Source of the DNA: Candidatus Sumerlaeia bacterium
GTDB taxonomy: Bacteria > Sumerlaeota > Sumerlaeia > SLMS01 > JAHLLQ01
Assembly (NCBI GenBank): GCA_028284075.1
Contig: JANQSL010000070.1
Coordinates: 41,480-105,479, forward strand
Direction: 5' to 3'
Length of the DNA: 64,000 nt
Below, piece after piece: positions 7,603 through 17,710 of the stretch. Position 1 is the first letter of the stretch. Every line of letters starts with the position of its first letter. The notes below the pieces were generated by a model, which saw only the letters and a list, made by a program, of their open reading frames with translations, was not told the DNA's origin and did no database searches. The translations under genes were made by a program, and so were the position numbers.

Positions 7603-10535
7603 TGGACATTCACGCCGCGCGTCCTGAGTACCTTTGGCTGCTCCTGTTGATTCCTGTCGTGCTCTATGCCTCGCGCAGCCTCCGCAGTGTCGAGTCCGGT
7701 CGTCGTGTCTTCATCATCGGGTTGCGGACGTTGATTGTTTTGCTGCTGATTCTTGCACTGTCGAAGCTCGAAGTTGCCCGCCGCAGCCGTGATCTGACCG
7801 TTTACTACCTTCTTGATCAGTCCGATTCCGTTCCGCCCCATTTACAGGAAGCGGCCGTGGGGCTTGTTCAGTCAATGAGCAGGGAGAAGCAACGAGACGA
7901 CGAAGCCGGTCTGATCGCTTTTGGTGGCAATGCTTCCATCGAGTCACTTGCAATCAACACCTTTGAGTTCGACGGCCGCATCAATTCCGTTATCGACGGC
8001 GTACGTACCGATATCTCTTCGGCCGTGAGGCTCGCCCTCAGTGCATTTCCCAACAACCGAATGAAGCGCATTGTGCTTTTGACGGATGGGAACGAAAACA
8101 GTGGCAGTGCGGTCGAAGTTGCACGCCTTGCCCGTAACAACAATGTTCCGATCGATGTTGTGCCGCTCCGCTACGATCAGCGTGCGGATGTGCAGATCGA
8201 CAAGCTTATCGTTCCACAGCGGACGACAAAGGATGCTCCTTTTGATGTAAAGGTCTTCCTGTCATCGGAATCAGATGTTAATGGGCGGCTTCGCCTTTAT
8301 CGAGACGGCCAGCTGATCGTCGATCAGGATGTTGATGTGACCGCCGGGAGGAACGCACCGCTTGTTCTGCCACAGCGTCTGGACGACGGTGGTTTTCACC
8401 GTTACAGCGCTGAGATCGAAGTCGCTGGTGATGAACGTCCTCAGAACAACCGGGCTCGAGGCTTCACTCATCTCAAGGCGGAGCCCCGTGTTCTTTACGT
8501 CGAAGGGGACCAGACAAGCACCAATTTTCTCTATCCCGCCCTCGAGCTGGAGGACATTCGGGTCACGTTTGCCGATCCGAACGAGATTCCGCTGAACATC
8601 GAGGAACTGCAAGACTACGACAGCGTCATCCTTTCGAATGTCCATGCAAATGAGATGACGTACGATCAGATGACAATGATCGAACGTGCCGTGCACGATC
8701 TCGGTCTGGGCTTCATCATGATCGGCGGAGAGAACAGCTACGGAGCCGGTGGTTATCAGGATTCGCCCATTGAAAAGGCGCTTCCCGTATCCATGGATGT
8801 GAAGCAAAAGAAGGTTTTGCCCAACGGTGCACTGGTGATCGTGCTCCATACCTGTGAAATTCCCCAGGGGAATTCGTGGGCGCGTGAGATCAGCATTGCC
8901 GCCCTTAACGTTTTATCCTCCCAGGACTATTTCGGTTTGCTGTACTACGGCGCAAAGCAGGGCATCGGAGCCGGGGGTGGAATGGGAGGATGGGGTGAGC
9001 ACTGGCTCTGGGATCCGGGGCTGCAGATGACGGGTGACAAGCGCGCCATGCGGGCAAAGATTCGAGGCGTGCAGCCTCTCGACATGCCCACGTTCGACCC
9101 GACGCTTCAGCTTGCTTACGACGGGTTGAAGGACGTCAAAACAGAAGCAAAGCACATCGTCGTGATTTCCGATGGCGATCCGGCTCCGCCCAATCAGCAG
9201 CTTGTCAACGCGATCCGCGATGAAGGGATTACGGTGTCAACCATCGCTATTGCCCCGCACCACGGTCAGACAGTGGAAACGCTACAGGACATGGCTTACT
9301 GGGGTGCCGGTAACTTCTATTATCCGAAGACGTCGCGGGAGCTTCCCCGCATATTCGTCAAGGAAGCCTCGATTGTTCGCAGATCACTGATTTTCGAAGA
9401 GCCCTTTTTCCCAAAGTATGACACTTATTCAGAGGTTCTTGAAGGTCTACAGGGGATGCCGCAGCTCGACGGATATGTTGTCACCTCCGACAAGGAGCTC
9501 GCGACCATTCCGTTGCGCACGGAAAAGGACGATCCGCTGCTGGCGCACTGGCGATACGGTCTTGGCAAGACCGTGGCGTTTACAAGTGATGCAAAGAACA
9601 AGTGGGCTTCCGCATGGGTGGACTGGGACGGGTACGGGAAATTCTGGAGCCAGGTCGTGCGCTGGTCTCTGCGGGAAACCAGCAGCAATAACCTTCAGGT
9701 GAATACTGAACTGCAGGGCGGCAAGGGTATCATCACCGTCGATGCCGTCGATATCGACGGCAACTTCGAGAACTTTCTCGATTTCAACACCACCGTTCTC
9801 TCTCCCGAACTTGAACCGATGGACGTTGAGGTTCGCCAGGTTGGTCCGGGACGTTACCAGGGAACCTTTGATGCCACGGACGTTGGCACGTACATGGTGC
9901 GGTTGTCTTCCGGTGAGGGGGATCAACAGCAGAATGTGGTGACGGGTGCATCGCTTTCCTATTCGCCCGAGTACGAAGCGGCGCGTTCGAATGACGAGTT
10001 TCTGGAGAAAATCGCGAAGGAATCCGGAGGCCGCATTGCCGGTTCTCAGGATTACAGCGCATTCGATCGACGGGATCTGCGAGCGACGAATCGTCCCAAG
10101 CCGGTCTGGGAATGGCTGCTTCTCGCAGGCCTCCTCCTGGTGCCGGTCGATGTGTTCGTTCGTCGCGTGTATCTTGATTGGGGCGAACTGGCAACCGCGT
10201 TGGCAAAGCCGTTCAGAAAGACGGCACCCGCGGAGCGTACCGAAGCGATGGGGTCGTTGATGGCAGCCAAGAAACGTGCAACCTCCTCGAAAGAGGAAGA
10301 CCGGGAGCGCGACGATGCACGGCGCGAATTCCGTGAACGTTTGCAACAGAACGAACCTCAGGCTGGTGAAGAAGGTTCTGTTTTCGATGCAGCAGATCAG
10401 AGCGGGCGTCAGGCGCCCGCCCGTCATCGTGAGAAACAGACCTACAGTGCCAGCGACGGCCCTCAGCGGACTGGCGGCGGAAGCAGTCTGTCAGAACTCA
10501 AGCGCGCCAAACAACGCGCCCGGAAGAAGATGTAG
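7602..10535 (+). CDS. BatA-like membrane protein: N-terminal double-TM (aerotolerance-regulator N-terminal type) + VWA domain + large extracytoplasmic region + C-terminal TM
   Basis: GTG start overlapping the upstream stop (TAGTG). Two N-terminal TM helices. VWA MIDAS motif LDQSDSV, with a second VWA-like block HIVVISDGDPAPP. C-terminal hydrophobic helix followed by a charged tail. Confidence 0.7.
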   Translation: MDIHAARPEYLWLLLLIPVVLYASRSLRSVESGRRVFIIGLRTLIVLLLILALSKLEVARRSRDLTVYYLLDQSDSVPPHLQEAAVGLVQSMSREKQRDDEAGLIAFGGNASIESLAINTFEFDGRINSVIDGVRTDISSAVRLALSAFPNNRMKRIVLLTDGNENSGSAVEVARLARNNNVPIDVVPLRYDQRADVQIDKLIVPQRTTKDAPFDVKVFLSSESDVNGRLRLYRDGQLIVDQDVDVTAGRNAPLVLPQRLDDGGFHRYSAEIEVAGDERPQNNRARGFTHLKAEPRVLYVEGDQTSTNFLYPALELEDIRVTFADPNEIPLNIEELQDYDSVILSNVHANEMTYDQMTMIERAVHDLGLGFIMIGGENSYGAGGYQDSPIEKALPVSMDVKQKKVLPNGALVIVLHTCEIPQGNSWAREISIAALNVLSSQDYFGLLYYGAKQGIGAGGGMGGWGEHWLWDPGLQMTGDKRAMRAKIRGVQPLDMPTFDPTLQLAYDGLKDVKTEAKHIVVISDGDPAPPNQQLVNAIRDEGITVSTIAIAPHHGQTVETLQDMAYWGAGNFYYPKTSRELPRIFVKEASIVRRSLIFEEPFFPKYDTYSEVLEGLQGMPQLDGYVVTSDKELATIPLRTEKDDPLLAHWRYGLGKTVAFTSDAKNKWASAWVDWDGYGKFWSQVVRWSLRETSSNNLQVNTELQGGKGIITVDAVDIDGNFENFLDFNTTVLSPELEPMDVEVRQVGPGRYQGTFDATDVGTYMVRLSSGEGDQQQNVVTGASLSYSPEYEAARSNDEFLEKIAKESGGRIAGSQDYSAFDRRDLRATNRPKPVWEWLLLAGLLLVPVDVFVRRVYLDWGELATALAKPFRKTAPAERTEAMGSLMAAKKRATSSKEEDRERDDARREFRERLQQNEPQAGEEGSVFDAADQSGRQAPARHREKQTYSASDGPQRTGGGSSLSELKRAKQRARKKM

Positions 10536-10537
10536 TC

Positions 10538-11425
10538 ATGGGTAATGACTGGAGAAACAAGGTCATCCTTGGCGATAATTTGCCGGTCCTCCGTGGGATG
10601 GAAGACGAGTCGATCAATCTGATCTATATTGATCCTCCGTTCAATACGGGAAAAGCCCAGCGTCGCGATCGCATCAAGTCAGTGGCATCGGAAAACGGGA
10701 CCCGCAGCGGATTTGCCGGGAAAAAGTACGATGCGGTACGCCTTGGTTCCCACGCCTGGTGCGATCGCTTTGACGACTATTACGCATTTTTGCGTCCGCG
10801 GCTGGAGGAGGCTCATCGCCTTTTGAAGAGGACAGGAACGATGTATTTTCACATCGATTATCGCGAAGTGCATTATTGCAAGATTCTCCTGGACGAGATT
10901 TTCGGAAGAGACTGCTTTCTCAATGAGATTGTTTGGGCGTACGACTATGGTGCGCGGACGAAACGGCGTTTTCCACCAAAGCATGACAATATTCTGGTTT
11001 ATGTGAAGGACCCGAAGAACTACGCCTTCTATTCCGAGCAGATTGATCGCATACCCTATATGGCGCCGGCACTCGCGGGGCCCGAGAAGGCAGCACGGGG
11101 AAAGCTCCCCACGGATGTATGGTGGCACACAATCGTTTCACCAACGGGGAAGGAAAAAACCGGCTGGCCGACACAAAAGCCACTGGGCGTTTTGCGCCGC
11201 ATTATTGCCGCCTCCTCTCAAGAGGGAGATTTGGTTATGGATTTCTTCGGAGGTAGCGGAACCACGGGAGTGGCGGCGGCTGAAACCGGCCGAAGGTTTA
11301 TCCTCGTGGATGAAAGCCTCGAGGCATTCGAGCTTATGAAAGAGCGTTTTGCCGGAGTGGAGAACATTCAGTTCGTAAACCCCAAAGGAAGCACGACTGC
11401 GAAAAGGAGCACCCATCATGGCTGA
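10538..11425 (+). CDS. DNA methyltransferase, beta-class N6A/N4C family (PF01555-like), orphan
   Basis: Motif IV IYIDPPFN precedes motif I FFGGSGTT, with PTQKP between them, which is the beta-class order. Starts 3 nt after the upstream stop and overlaps the MoxR start by 8 nt. Confidence 0.8.
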   Translation: MGNDWRNKVILGDNLPVLRGMEDESINLIYIDPPFNTGKAQRRDRIKSVASENGTRSGFAGKKYDAVRLGSHAWCDRFDDYYAFLRPRLEEAHRLLKRTGTMYFHIDYREVHYCKILLDEIFGRDCFLNEIVWAYDYGARTKRRFPPKHDNILVYVKDPKNYAFYSEQIDRIPYMAPALAGPEKAARGKLPTDVWWHTIVSPTGKEKTGWPTQKPLGVLRRIIAASSQEGDLVMDFFGGSGTTGVAAAETGRRFILVDESLEAFELMKERFAGVENIQFVNPKGSTTAKRSTHHG

Positions 11426-12425
11426 CATGCAGCAGCTCGCCGCCGAGTTCCGCCAGGAGTTCGACGCCGTTTATAACGAAATTCAGAAGGTGATTGTCGG
11501 TACCGATAATGTCATCGAAGGCGTGTTGATGTGCCTCTTCTCCGGCGGCAACGTGCTGCTCGAAGGTGTCCCGGGTCTCGGCAAGACAATGCTGATTCGC
11601 ACGTTGGGAGAGGTGCTCGATTTGCCTTTCTCGCGCATTCAGTTTACTCCGGATCTGATGCCTGCCGATATCATCGGTACAAACATCGTGCAGGAGGACC
11701 CTGAAACCGGTCGTCGTGATTTCCAGTTTGTGCATGGTCCGCTTTTTTCAAATCTCGTGCTTGCGGATGAAATCAATCGTGCGACACCGAAGACGCAGTC
11801 GGCGATGCTCGAAGCCATGCAGGAGAAGCGCATTACCGCTGCAGGCACGACGCACGAACTGGATCAGCCGTTCTTTGTCATGGCGACACAAAACCCGCTG
11901 GAGATGGAAGGCACGTATCCATTGCCGGAGGCACAGCTGGATCGTTTTCTTTTCAAGCTGATGGTGAATTTTCCGAATCGCGGTGAGCTGAATGAAATTA
12001 TCAATCGCACCACCAGTGCGGAAATGCCACGAGTGTCCCGGGTCATGAACAAGGAGCGCCTTTTGCACTGGATGAATTTCGTGCGCAGTATTGTGGTCGC
12101 TCCTCATGTTCAGGACTATGCCGTTCGCCTGCTTCTCTCGACTCATCCCGAAAGTGAGTACGCCACTGACATGGTGAAACGTTATGTCCGTTTCGGCGCA
12201 TCGCCACGTGGTGCTCAGGCTTTGATTCTGACAGGCAAGATCAAGGCTCTCCGCGCCGAGCGCTATAATGTGGCCTTTGGCGACATTGGTGCCGTGGCGA
12301 CAAACACTCTTCGTCACCGCTTGATTCTCAATTTTGAAGGTGAAGCGGAAGGGGTCACTGCAGACATGGTGATAGAGGATTTGTTGAAGAACGTTCCTCG
12401 TGAGGCGGAAATGGCGGCAAGATAA
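11418..12425 (+). CDS. MoxR-like AAA+ ATPase
   Basis: Walker A GVPGLGKT and Walker B LADEINRA with the typical MoxR length. AAGGAG RBS upstream. Confidence 0.85.
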   Translation: MADMQQLAAEFRQEFDAVYNEIQKVIVGTDNVIEGVLMCLFSGGNVLLEGVPGLGKTMLIRTLGEVLDLPFSRIQFTPDLMPADIIGTNIVQEDPETGRRDFQFVHGPLFSNLVLADEINRATPKTQSAMLEAMQEKRITAAGTTHELDQPFFVMATQNPLEMEGTYPLPEAQLDRFLFKLMVNFPNRGELNEIINRTTSAEMPRVSRVMNKERLLHWMNFVRSIVVAPHVQDYAVRLLLSTHPESEYATDMVKRYVRFGASPRGAQALILTGKIKALRAERYNVAFGDIGAVATNTLRHRLILNFEGEAEGVTADMVIEDLLKNVPREAEMAAR

Positions 12426-12477
12426 TCGTGTCGGCGGGCGCACGAAGGCGAAGCTGGAAATGCCGGAAAAGGACTGA

Positions 12478-13383
12478 ATGGCATACATGGCCACGGCCGA
12501 ACTGAAAACACTGTTGGAACCGGAACTGCTGGCACGCCTCGATCAGCTTGAGGTGTTGACTCACCGTGTGTTTCGGGGGCGGCAAAAGGGCGAAAGGCGG
12601 TCACGCAAGAAGGGGCAGTCCGTCGAGTTTGCCGATTATCGCGAATACGTTCCGGGAGACGACACGCGTTATCTCGACTGGAATATTTTTGGACGTCTTG
12701 AGCGTCTTTACATCAAGCTTTTCCTCGAGGAAGAGGATCTTGCCTTTTATGTTATTGTCGATTCGTCCGCATCGATGAACTATGGTCATCCGGTGACGAA
12801 GTTTGAGTATGCACGGAAACTGGCAGCGGCACTGGGATATGTCGCGCTGAAAAATCAGGACAAGGTTGGAGTCAGCGACGCCAAGGAGCGTGTTGTTTCC
12901 CGCTTTCGTCCGGCGCGCGGCAAAGCACAGCTCACTAAAATGCTCAACTACCTGATGACGCTGGAGCCGGGGGACCGAACGAACCTGATCGAATCCTGTC
13001 GTGACTTCGTGTTTCAGAATACACAGGCTGGCATCGTCGTTTTGATCAGTGATTTTCTGGACGAGCGTGGATATGAGGACGCGCTGAAGCACTTCTTCAT
13101 GCGCAATTACGAGGTGTACTGCATTCAGGTTCTCAGCTCGGAGGAAAGGGATCCGACACAGCTTGGTCACCTGGAGCTCGTCGATGCCGAGACGGGAGAG
13201 AGGCAGGAAGTTACTGCAAGTGATGCATTGATCAGGCAGTACAAACAAACCGTTGAAACATTCTGCGGGGGACTAAGGGACTGGTGCACGTCCCACGGCA
13301 TGACCTATCTGGCGGCCACGACGGATCTTGGTGTTGATCAGATGCTGCTCAGTTACCTGCGTCAGAGGGGGCTGCTGCGGTGA
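12478..13383 (+). CDS. DUF58 domain protein (VWA-like partner of MoxR)
   Basis: DUF58 signature VEFADYREYVPGDDTRYLDWNIFGR...VIVDSSASM. Confidence 0.8.
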   Translation: MAYMATAELKTLLEPELLARLDQLEVLTHRVFRGRQKGERRSRKKGQSVEFADYREYVPGDDTRYLDWNIFGRLERLYIKLFLEEEDLAFYVIVDSSASMNYGHPVTKFEYARKLAAALGYVALKNQDKVGVSDAKERVVSRFRPARGKAQLTKMLNYLMTLEPGDRTNLIESCRDFVFQNTQAGIVVLISDFLDERGYEDALKHFFMRNYEVYCIQVLSSEERDPTQLGHLELVDAETGERQEVTASDALIRQYKQTVETFCGGLRDWCTSHGMTYLAATTDLGVDQMLLSYLRQRGLLR

Positions 13384-15257
13384 CGTTCCTCCAAAGCCTT
13401 TGGTGGGCTGGTCTCTTTTCACTCCTTCCTCTGATCGTCGTGATGTATCTGCTGAAGCTGAAGCGGAAGCGTGTTATCATTCCATCCACGCTGCTGTGGC
13501 GACGATCCGTGCAGGATCTTGTCGCAAACGCCCCGTTTCAGAAACTGCGAAACAACCTCCTACTGTGGCTGCAACTTCTGTTTTTGGCACTTCTGATTCT
13601 GGCGTTTTTACGTCCTGTGATGAAGCTGGAAAGCCAGGCAGGCACGACATTGATTCTGCTGATCGACAATTCCGCCTCGATGCAGACAATGGAAGGTACG
13701 CGAACTCGCCTCGAAGCGGCAAAACTCGCCGCCAGAGAGTCCATCGAGACGCTTTCAAACCGGGATGAGGCGATTATCGTTACCTTCAGCGATCGTACAA
13801 ACATCGTTCAAACACTGACCAGCGATCGTGCCCTGCTGGAAGCAGCTCTCGAGTCCATTGAAGCGCGCGATGTTGAGACTTCTCTCTCAGAAGCGGGTCT
13901 GATTCTTCAAAGTCTGACCTCCACCGTGGATGCGGAGGGCGCCCGGTTACCACGCGAAGATACCAAAACGATTATCCTGAGCGATGGTGTTGTCAACGAT
14001 CTGGCATCGCTATCAGACGTACCCAATGTCGAGTATGTGCGGATCGGTGAAACGGCGGATAATCTCGGCATAACCGGCCTGGATGTCCGAGAGTCGTTCA
14101 GTGATACGGTGGAGTATCAGATTTTTGCATCTGTTACAAACTCAGGTGAGGAAGAGCAGGAAGCGTTTGTTGAATTACAGGTCGACGGAGAGGTTCTTGA
14201 CTTGAAGTCGGTTACCGTTCCGGCCGGCAATACGGAAGCGGTGGTTTTTTCAACAGCGGAAGTTGAGGAAGGCATTGCCACCGTTCGGCTGGACTATAAG
14301 GACGATTTTCCCCTGGACAACAGCGTTGTCGCGCAAATCGTCCCGCCGGGTGAGATTGATGTGTTGCTTGTAACCACCGGGAACGCTTTTCTTGAGGAAG
14401 TGTTCTCTATCGATCCCAGAGTTCGAACAAGCATCATTCGTCCGACGGACTACACGCCGCGGGAGGACTATGATATTGTTGTCTTCGACAACTGTGAAAC
14501 CGGTGAAATCCCCGCCGGCAACTTTCTTTTTATCAATGCACTTCCACCTGTTTCCGGTTTCAAGTCTGGTGAAGAGGCAAGTGTCGATAATCCTGAGGTT
14601 ATCGACTGGAATCGCGTTCATCCCCTGACTCGATTCGCCAACTTTGAGGAGGTTCTCATCGGTAACGCGATCGTGTACGAAACACCACGATCAGCCCTGC
14701 ATATTCTGGAGGCCGTTGAGACGGATCTGATTACTCTCTATGAAACGGAGACGCAGCATGTCGTGGTCATTGGATTCGACATTTTCAAGTCTTACTGGCC
14801 CCTTGATGTCTCGTTTCCGATCTTCATGTCGAATCTGATCGAGTATTTCGCGGAACTGAGTCAGGCGGGCTTTCGCCCTGTCTACCACACGGGTCAGACA
14901 ATTCCCATCTACCCTGGCGACGAAGACCAGGTTGCGATCGTCAAGACCCCTTCCGGAAAAACGGTGGAGTTTTCCTTTGAGGGAATCAGCACCGCCTATC
15001 TGACGGAAACCTCCGAGGCGGGCATGTATGAAATCGATTTCGACAAGAGCCCGGATCGTGCGCTGCCGGTTAACCTGTTAAGCATGGACGAATCGAAGAT
15101 CGCTCCACAGGACGAGATCAATATCGGTGGGCGGGAAATTGTCGGTACGGGAGAAGTCATCAAAACGAATCAGGAAGTCTGGCACTGGTTTGCCCTCGCC
15201 GCTCTGCTGATCATGCTTGTGGAATGGCTTATCTACTGCAAGCGAACGTTTATGTAG
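13380..15257 (+). CDS. BatA-like VWA membrane protein (N-terminal double TM + VWA + C-terminal TM)
   Basis: GTG start overlapping the DUF58 stop (GTGA). N-terminal LWWAGLFSLLPLIVVMYLL...IPSTLLW motif of BatA N-domains. MIDAS LIDNSASM. C-terminal helix WHWFALAALLIMLVEWLIY. Confidence 0.75.
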   Translation: MTFLQSLWWAGLFSLLPLIVVMYLLKLKRKRVIIPSTLLWRRSVQDLVANAPFQKLRNNLLLWLQLLFLALLILAFLRPVMKLESQAGTTLILLIDNSASMQTMEGTRTRLEAAKLAARESIETLSNRDEAIIVTFSDRTNIVQTLTSDRALLEAALESIEARDVETSLSEAGLILQSLTSTVDAEGARLPREDTKTIILSDGVVNDLASLSDVPNVEYVRIGETADNLGITGLDVRESFSDTVEYQIFASVTNSGEEEQEAFVELQVDGEVLDLKSVTVPAGNTEAVVFSTAEVEEGIATVRLDYKDDFPLDNSVVAQIVPPGEIDVLLVTTGNAFLEEVFSIDPRVRTSIIRPTDYTPREDYDIVVFDNCETGEIPAGNFLFINALPPVSGFKSGEEASVDNPEVIDWNRVHPLTRFANFEEVLIGNAIVYETPRSALHILEAVETDLITLYETETQHVVVIGFDIFKSYWPLDVSFPIFMSNLIEYFAELSQAGFRPVYHTGQTIPIYPGDEDQVAIVKTPSGKTVEFSFEGISTAYLTETSEAGMYEIDFDKSPDRALPVNLLSMDESKIAPQDEINIGGREIVGTGEVIKTNQEVWHWFALAALLIMLVEWLIYCKRTFM

Positions 15258-15409
15258 TCATCGCTCTCATTCGTCCGTCCTCATGGCGTTATATTTCCAC
15301 GTTCACCACGTCGTATTGCGATTACCGGTTTTCCCTGCGTATGATTGAGGCTCCGGGAGTATATAATTCGTCACAGAGGGAAACACCACGGGCGTGAAGA
15401 GAGGAAAAT

Positions 15410-15625
15410 ATGACCAACGGCAGGAAGAGCTTTTTGTGGCAGGAGGAGACTCCCTCACTGCGAGTCATACTTCTGACTATCAACACCTTTTGCTTCGGAT
15501 GTTGCCTGGTTCTTCTCATGGCAGGGGCCATGAGCGGTCCTCTAATTCTTTTGACGGTTGGCACGGGGCTTTGCGCCGGGGCAGGACTTGCTGGAGTCCT
15601 TATGAACTTGCGACAGGAGCGATGA
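15410..15625 (+). CDS. possible small two-helix membrane protein (71 aa)
   Basis: GAGGAAAAT RBS-like sequence before the ATG. Two hydrophobic segments. Lies in the gap between the batA-like gene and typA. Speculative. Confidence 0.3.
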   Translation: MTNGRKSFLWQEETPSLRVILLTINTFCFGCCLVLLMAGAMSGPLILLTVGTGLCAGAGLAGVLMNLRQER

Positions 15626-15651
15626 GAGGATTGTAGTCTGCCCCTTTTTCA

Positions 15652-17535
15652 TCACACCCCGGCGAGCGCGGCTCTTTTTTTCTCAGCTTTGCGGCGCTCA
15701 TCAGCGTTGAGGATTGCTTTTCTCAGACGCACGTTTTCAGGTGTGACCTCCACGAGTTCATCGTCGGCAATCCATTCGAGAGCCTGGTCCAGCGTCAGCC
15801 TCCGGGGAACTTTCAGGCCCGTATCGATTTCCTTTGTGGAGGACCGGTGGTTGGTCAGCTTTTTTGTGCGGACCGGGTTGCAGGGAAGATCTTCGGGGCG
15901 TGAGTTTTCACCAACAATCATGCCTTCATAAACTTTTTCCATGGGTGAAACGAAAAGGACCGTCCGCTGTTGGAGACTCTCCAGTGCGTACGATGTCGCC
16001 TCACCGGTATCCATGCTGACAAGAGAGCCGCGGCCGCGGGAGATGATCTCACCTTTCCAGGGTCCGTAACCCACAAACCGCGACGCCATGATGCCCAGGC
16101 CCTTTGTGTCCGTCAGGAATTCATTGCGGTATCCGATAAGACCACGCGTGGGAATGTCGAAGGAGAGACGGATGATGCCGGTTCCGGTATTGTCCATCGA
16201 CGTCAGCTCACCTTTTCGCTTGGCGATTTTCTCAATGACGATGCCCTGACTCTCTTCGGGAACGTCGATGACGAGCTGTTCCAGTGGCTCCATAAGATTA
16301 CCGTCATCATCGTGTATTGTGATGACTTCCGGGCGAGATACGCAGAGCTCCATGCCCTCGCGACGCATTTCCTCGATGAGAATAGCCAGGTGGAGTTCAC
16401 CACGCCCGCTGACCTTTACACCGTCGGCTCTGCCGATGTCTTCCATCCGAAGGGCCACGTTGACACGAAGTTCGCGCTCAAGACGCTCCTTCAACTGACG
16501 AAGAGTGATCGCCTGTCCGTCGTTGCCGGCGAAAGGACCACTGTTGACCAGAAAGAACATCGAGACCGTCGGTTCCTCGATCTCCAGTGGTGGAAACGCC
16601 GCGTTCGTCAGGTCGGGCGCTGCAAACGTATCGCCAATCATAATGTCTTCGGGTCCCGCGATCCAGACGATATCGCCCGCGGTGACTTCCTCGACTTCGG
16701 TGCGCTCCAGGCCACGCGTTACCCAGAGGTGGGACGAGCGTTCGGCGGCAGTGTTCACAACCTCCCACTCGCCTTCTTTTTGTGAGTAGTTCTTCCATCT
16801 GGTGGTGATGCGCTCGAAGTGCTGCCCTTTGCGGTAAGTGCCGCTGAGAATGCGCCCGCCGCCGATTCGACCGATATAGTCGCTCCAGGCGAGTGTTGTG
16901 ATTTGCATGCGGAAAGGTGCTTCCAGTTCCGCCTCCGGAGGCGGAACATGCTGGACGATGGTTTCGAACAGCGCCTCCATACCTTCATGTTTGTCCTTCT
17001 CAAGGTCCCGAACCATCCAGCCGTTCAAGCCTGATCCATACAGGACGGGAAATTCAATCTGGTTATCGTCGGCACCCAGCTCGATGAACAGGTCGAAGGT
17101 TTTCTCAAGAGCACCGGGAGGGTTTGCCTGGGGGCGGTCGACTTTGTTGACCACAACAATGGGTCGCATGCCCAGCTTCAGAGCACGCATTGTCACGTAT
17201 CGAGTCTGGGGCATGGGTCCTTCGTTGGCATCCACAAGGAGAAGAACACTGTCCACCATGGAAAGCACCCGTTCGACCTCGCCGCTGAAGTCCGCATGTC
17301 CCGGCGTATCGATGATATTGATCAGGTAATCGCCCCAGTGAACGGTGCAGGGTTTGGAGCGAATCGTGATGCCGCGTTCGCGCTCCAACTCGTTGTTGTC
17401 CATGACCCGCTCCTCGACCCTCTGATTCTCGCGGAACAGGTGGGCGGCACGGAAGATGGAATCGATCAGGGTGGTTTTGCCGTGGTCGATATGGGCAATA
17501 ATCGCTACATTACGGATCTTGTCGGGTGAAATCAT
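15652..17535 (-). CDS. typA: translational GTPase TypA/BipA
   Basis: G1 motif [21 protein letters not shown] and NKVD. Start set at the ATG encoding MISPDKIRN, verified in sequence. The tracked ORF has a 70-aa low-complexity N-terminal extension that is likely non-coding. Confidence 0.9.
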   Translation of the reverse strand: MISPDKIRNVAIIAHIDHGKTTLIDSIFRAAHLFRENQRVEERVMDNNELERERGITIRSKPCTVHWGDYLINIIDTPGHADFSGEVERVLSMVDSVLLLVDANEGPMPQTRYVTMRALKLGMRPIVVVNKVDRPQANPPGALEKTFDLFIELGADDNQIEFPVLYGSGLNGWMVRDLEKDKHEGMEALFETIVQHVPPPEAELEAPFRMQITTLAWSDYIGRIGGGRILSGTYRKGQHFERITTRWKNYSQKEGEWEVVNTAAERSSHLWVTRGLERTEVEEVTAGDIVWIAGPEDIMIGDTFAAPDLTNAAFPPLEIEEPTVSMFFLVNSGPFAGNDGQAITLRQLKERLERELRVNVALRMEDIGRADGVKVSGRGELHLAILIEEMRREGMELCVSRPEVITIHDDDGNLMEPLEQLVIDVPEESQGIVIEKIAKRKGELTSMDNTGTGIIRLSFDIPTRGLIGYRNEFLTDTKGLGIMASRFVGYGPWKGEIISRGRGSLVSMDTGEATSYALESLQQRTVLFVSPMEKVYEGMIVGENSRPEDLPCNPVRTKKLTNHRSSTKEIDTGLKVPRRLTLDQALEWIADDELVEVTPENVRLRKAILNADERRKAEKKRAALAGV

Positions 17536-17650
17536 GGGGGGCGAGCCGGGCCGGGAGTGGGGGAGCGGGAAAGGCTCCCCGAGGGCGGCGGCAGGGTGCA
17601 CAGCACCCGGTGCCACGGCAAGGGCGAAGAAGGGGCGGGGTCGAGACAAT

Positions 17651-17682
17651 GAAAAGAGCCCCCGTCGGACGGACGGAGGCTC
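17651..17682 (-). terminator. candidate rho-independent terminator downstream of the 17711..18535 gene
   Basis: On the minus strand GAGCCUCCGUC-CGUCC-GACGGGGGCUC (11-bp stem, one mismatch) is followed by UUUUC. Confidence 0.45.
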
Positions 17683-17710
17683 ATACTCCTCGTTCTTCCC
17701 CGAGGCTTGC

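Noticed and set aside
9447-10427. 326-aa antisense ORF inside the BatA-like gene (similar cases: 25234..25971 inside dihydropyrimidinase, 32815..33606 inside BlaR1, 11748..12494 inside moxR, 15970..16785 inside typA)
   Set aside because: Each is antisense to a gene with strong family signatures, and their products are Arg/Cys-rich low complexity. These are typical GC-rich shadow frames.
10538-11425. Possibility that the methyltransferase is part of a restriction-modification or BREX/DISARM defence island
   Set aside because: No endonuclease, specificity subunit, PglZ, helicase or PLD genes are within the window. The flanking genes are MoxR/VWA operon members with overlapping coding frames. 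So it is treated as an orphan/embedded MTase instead.
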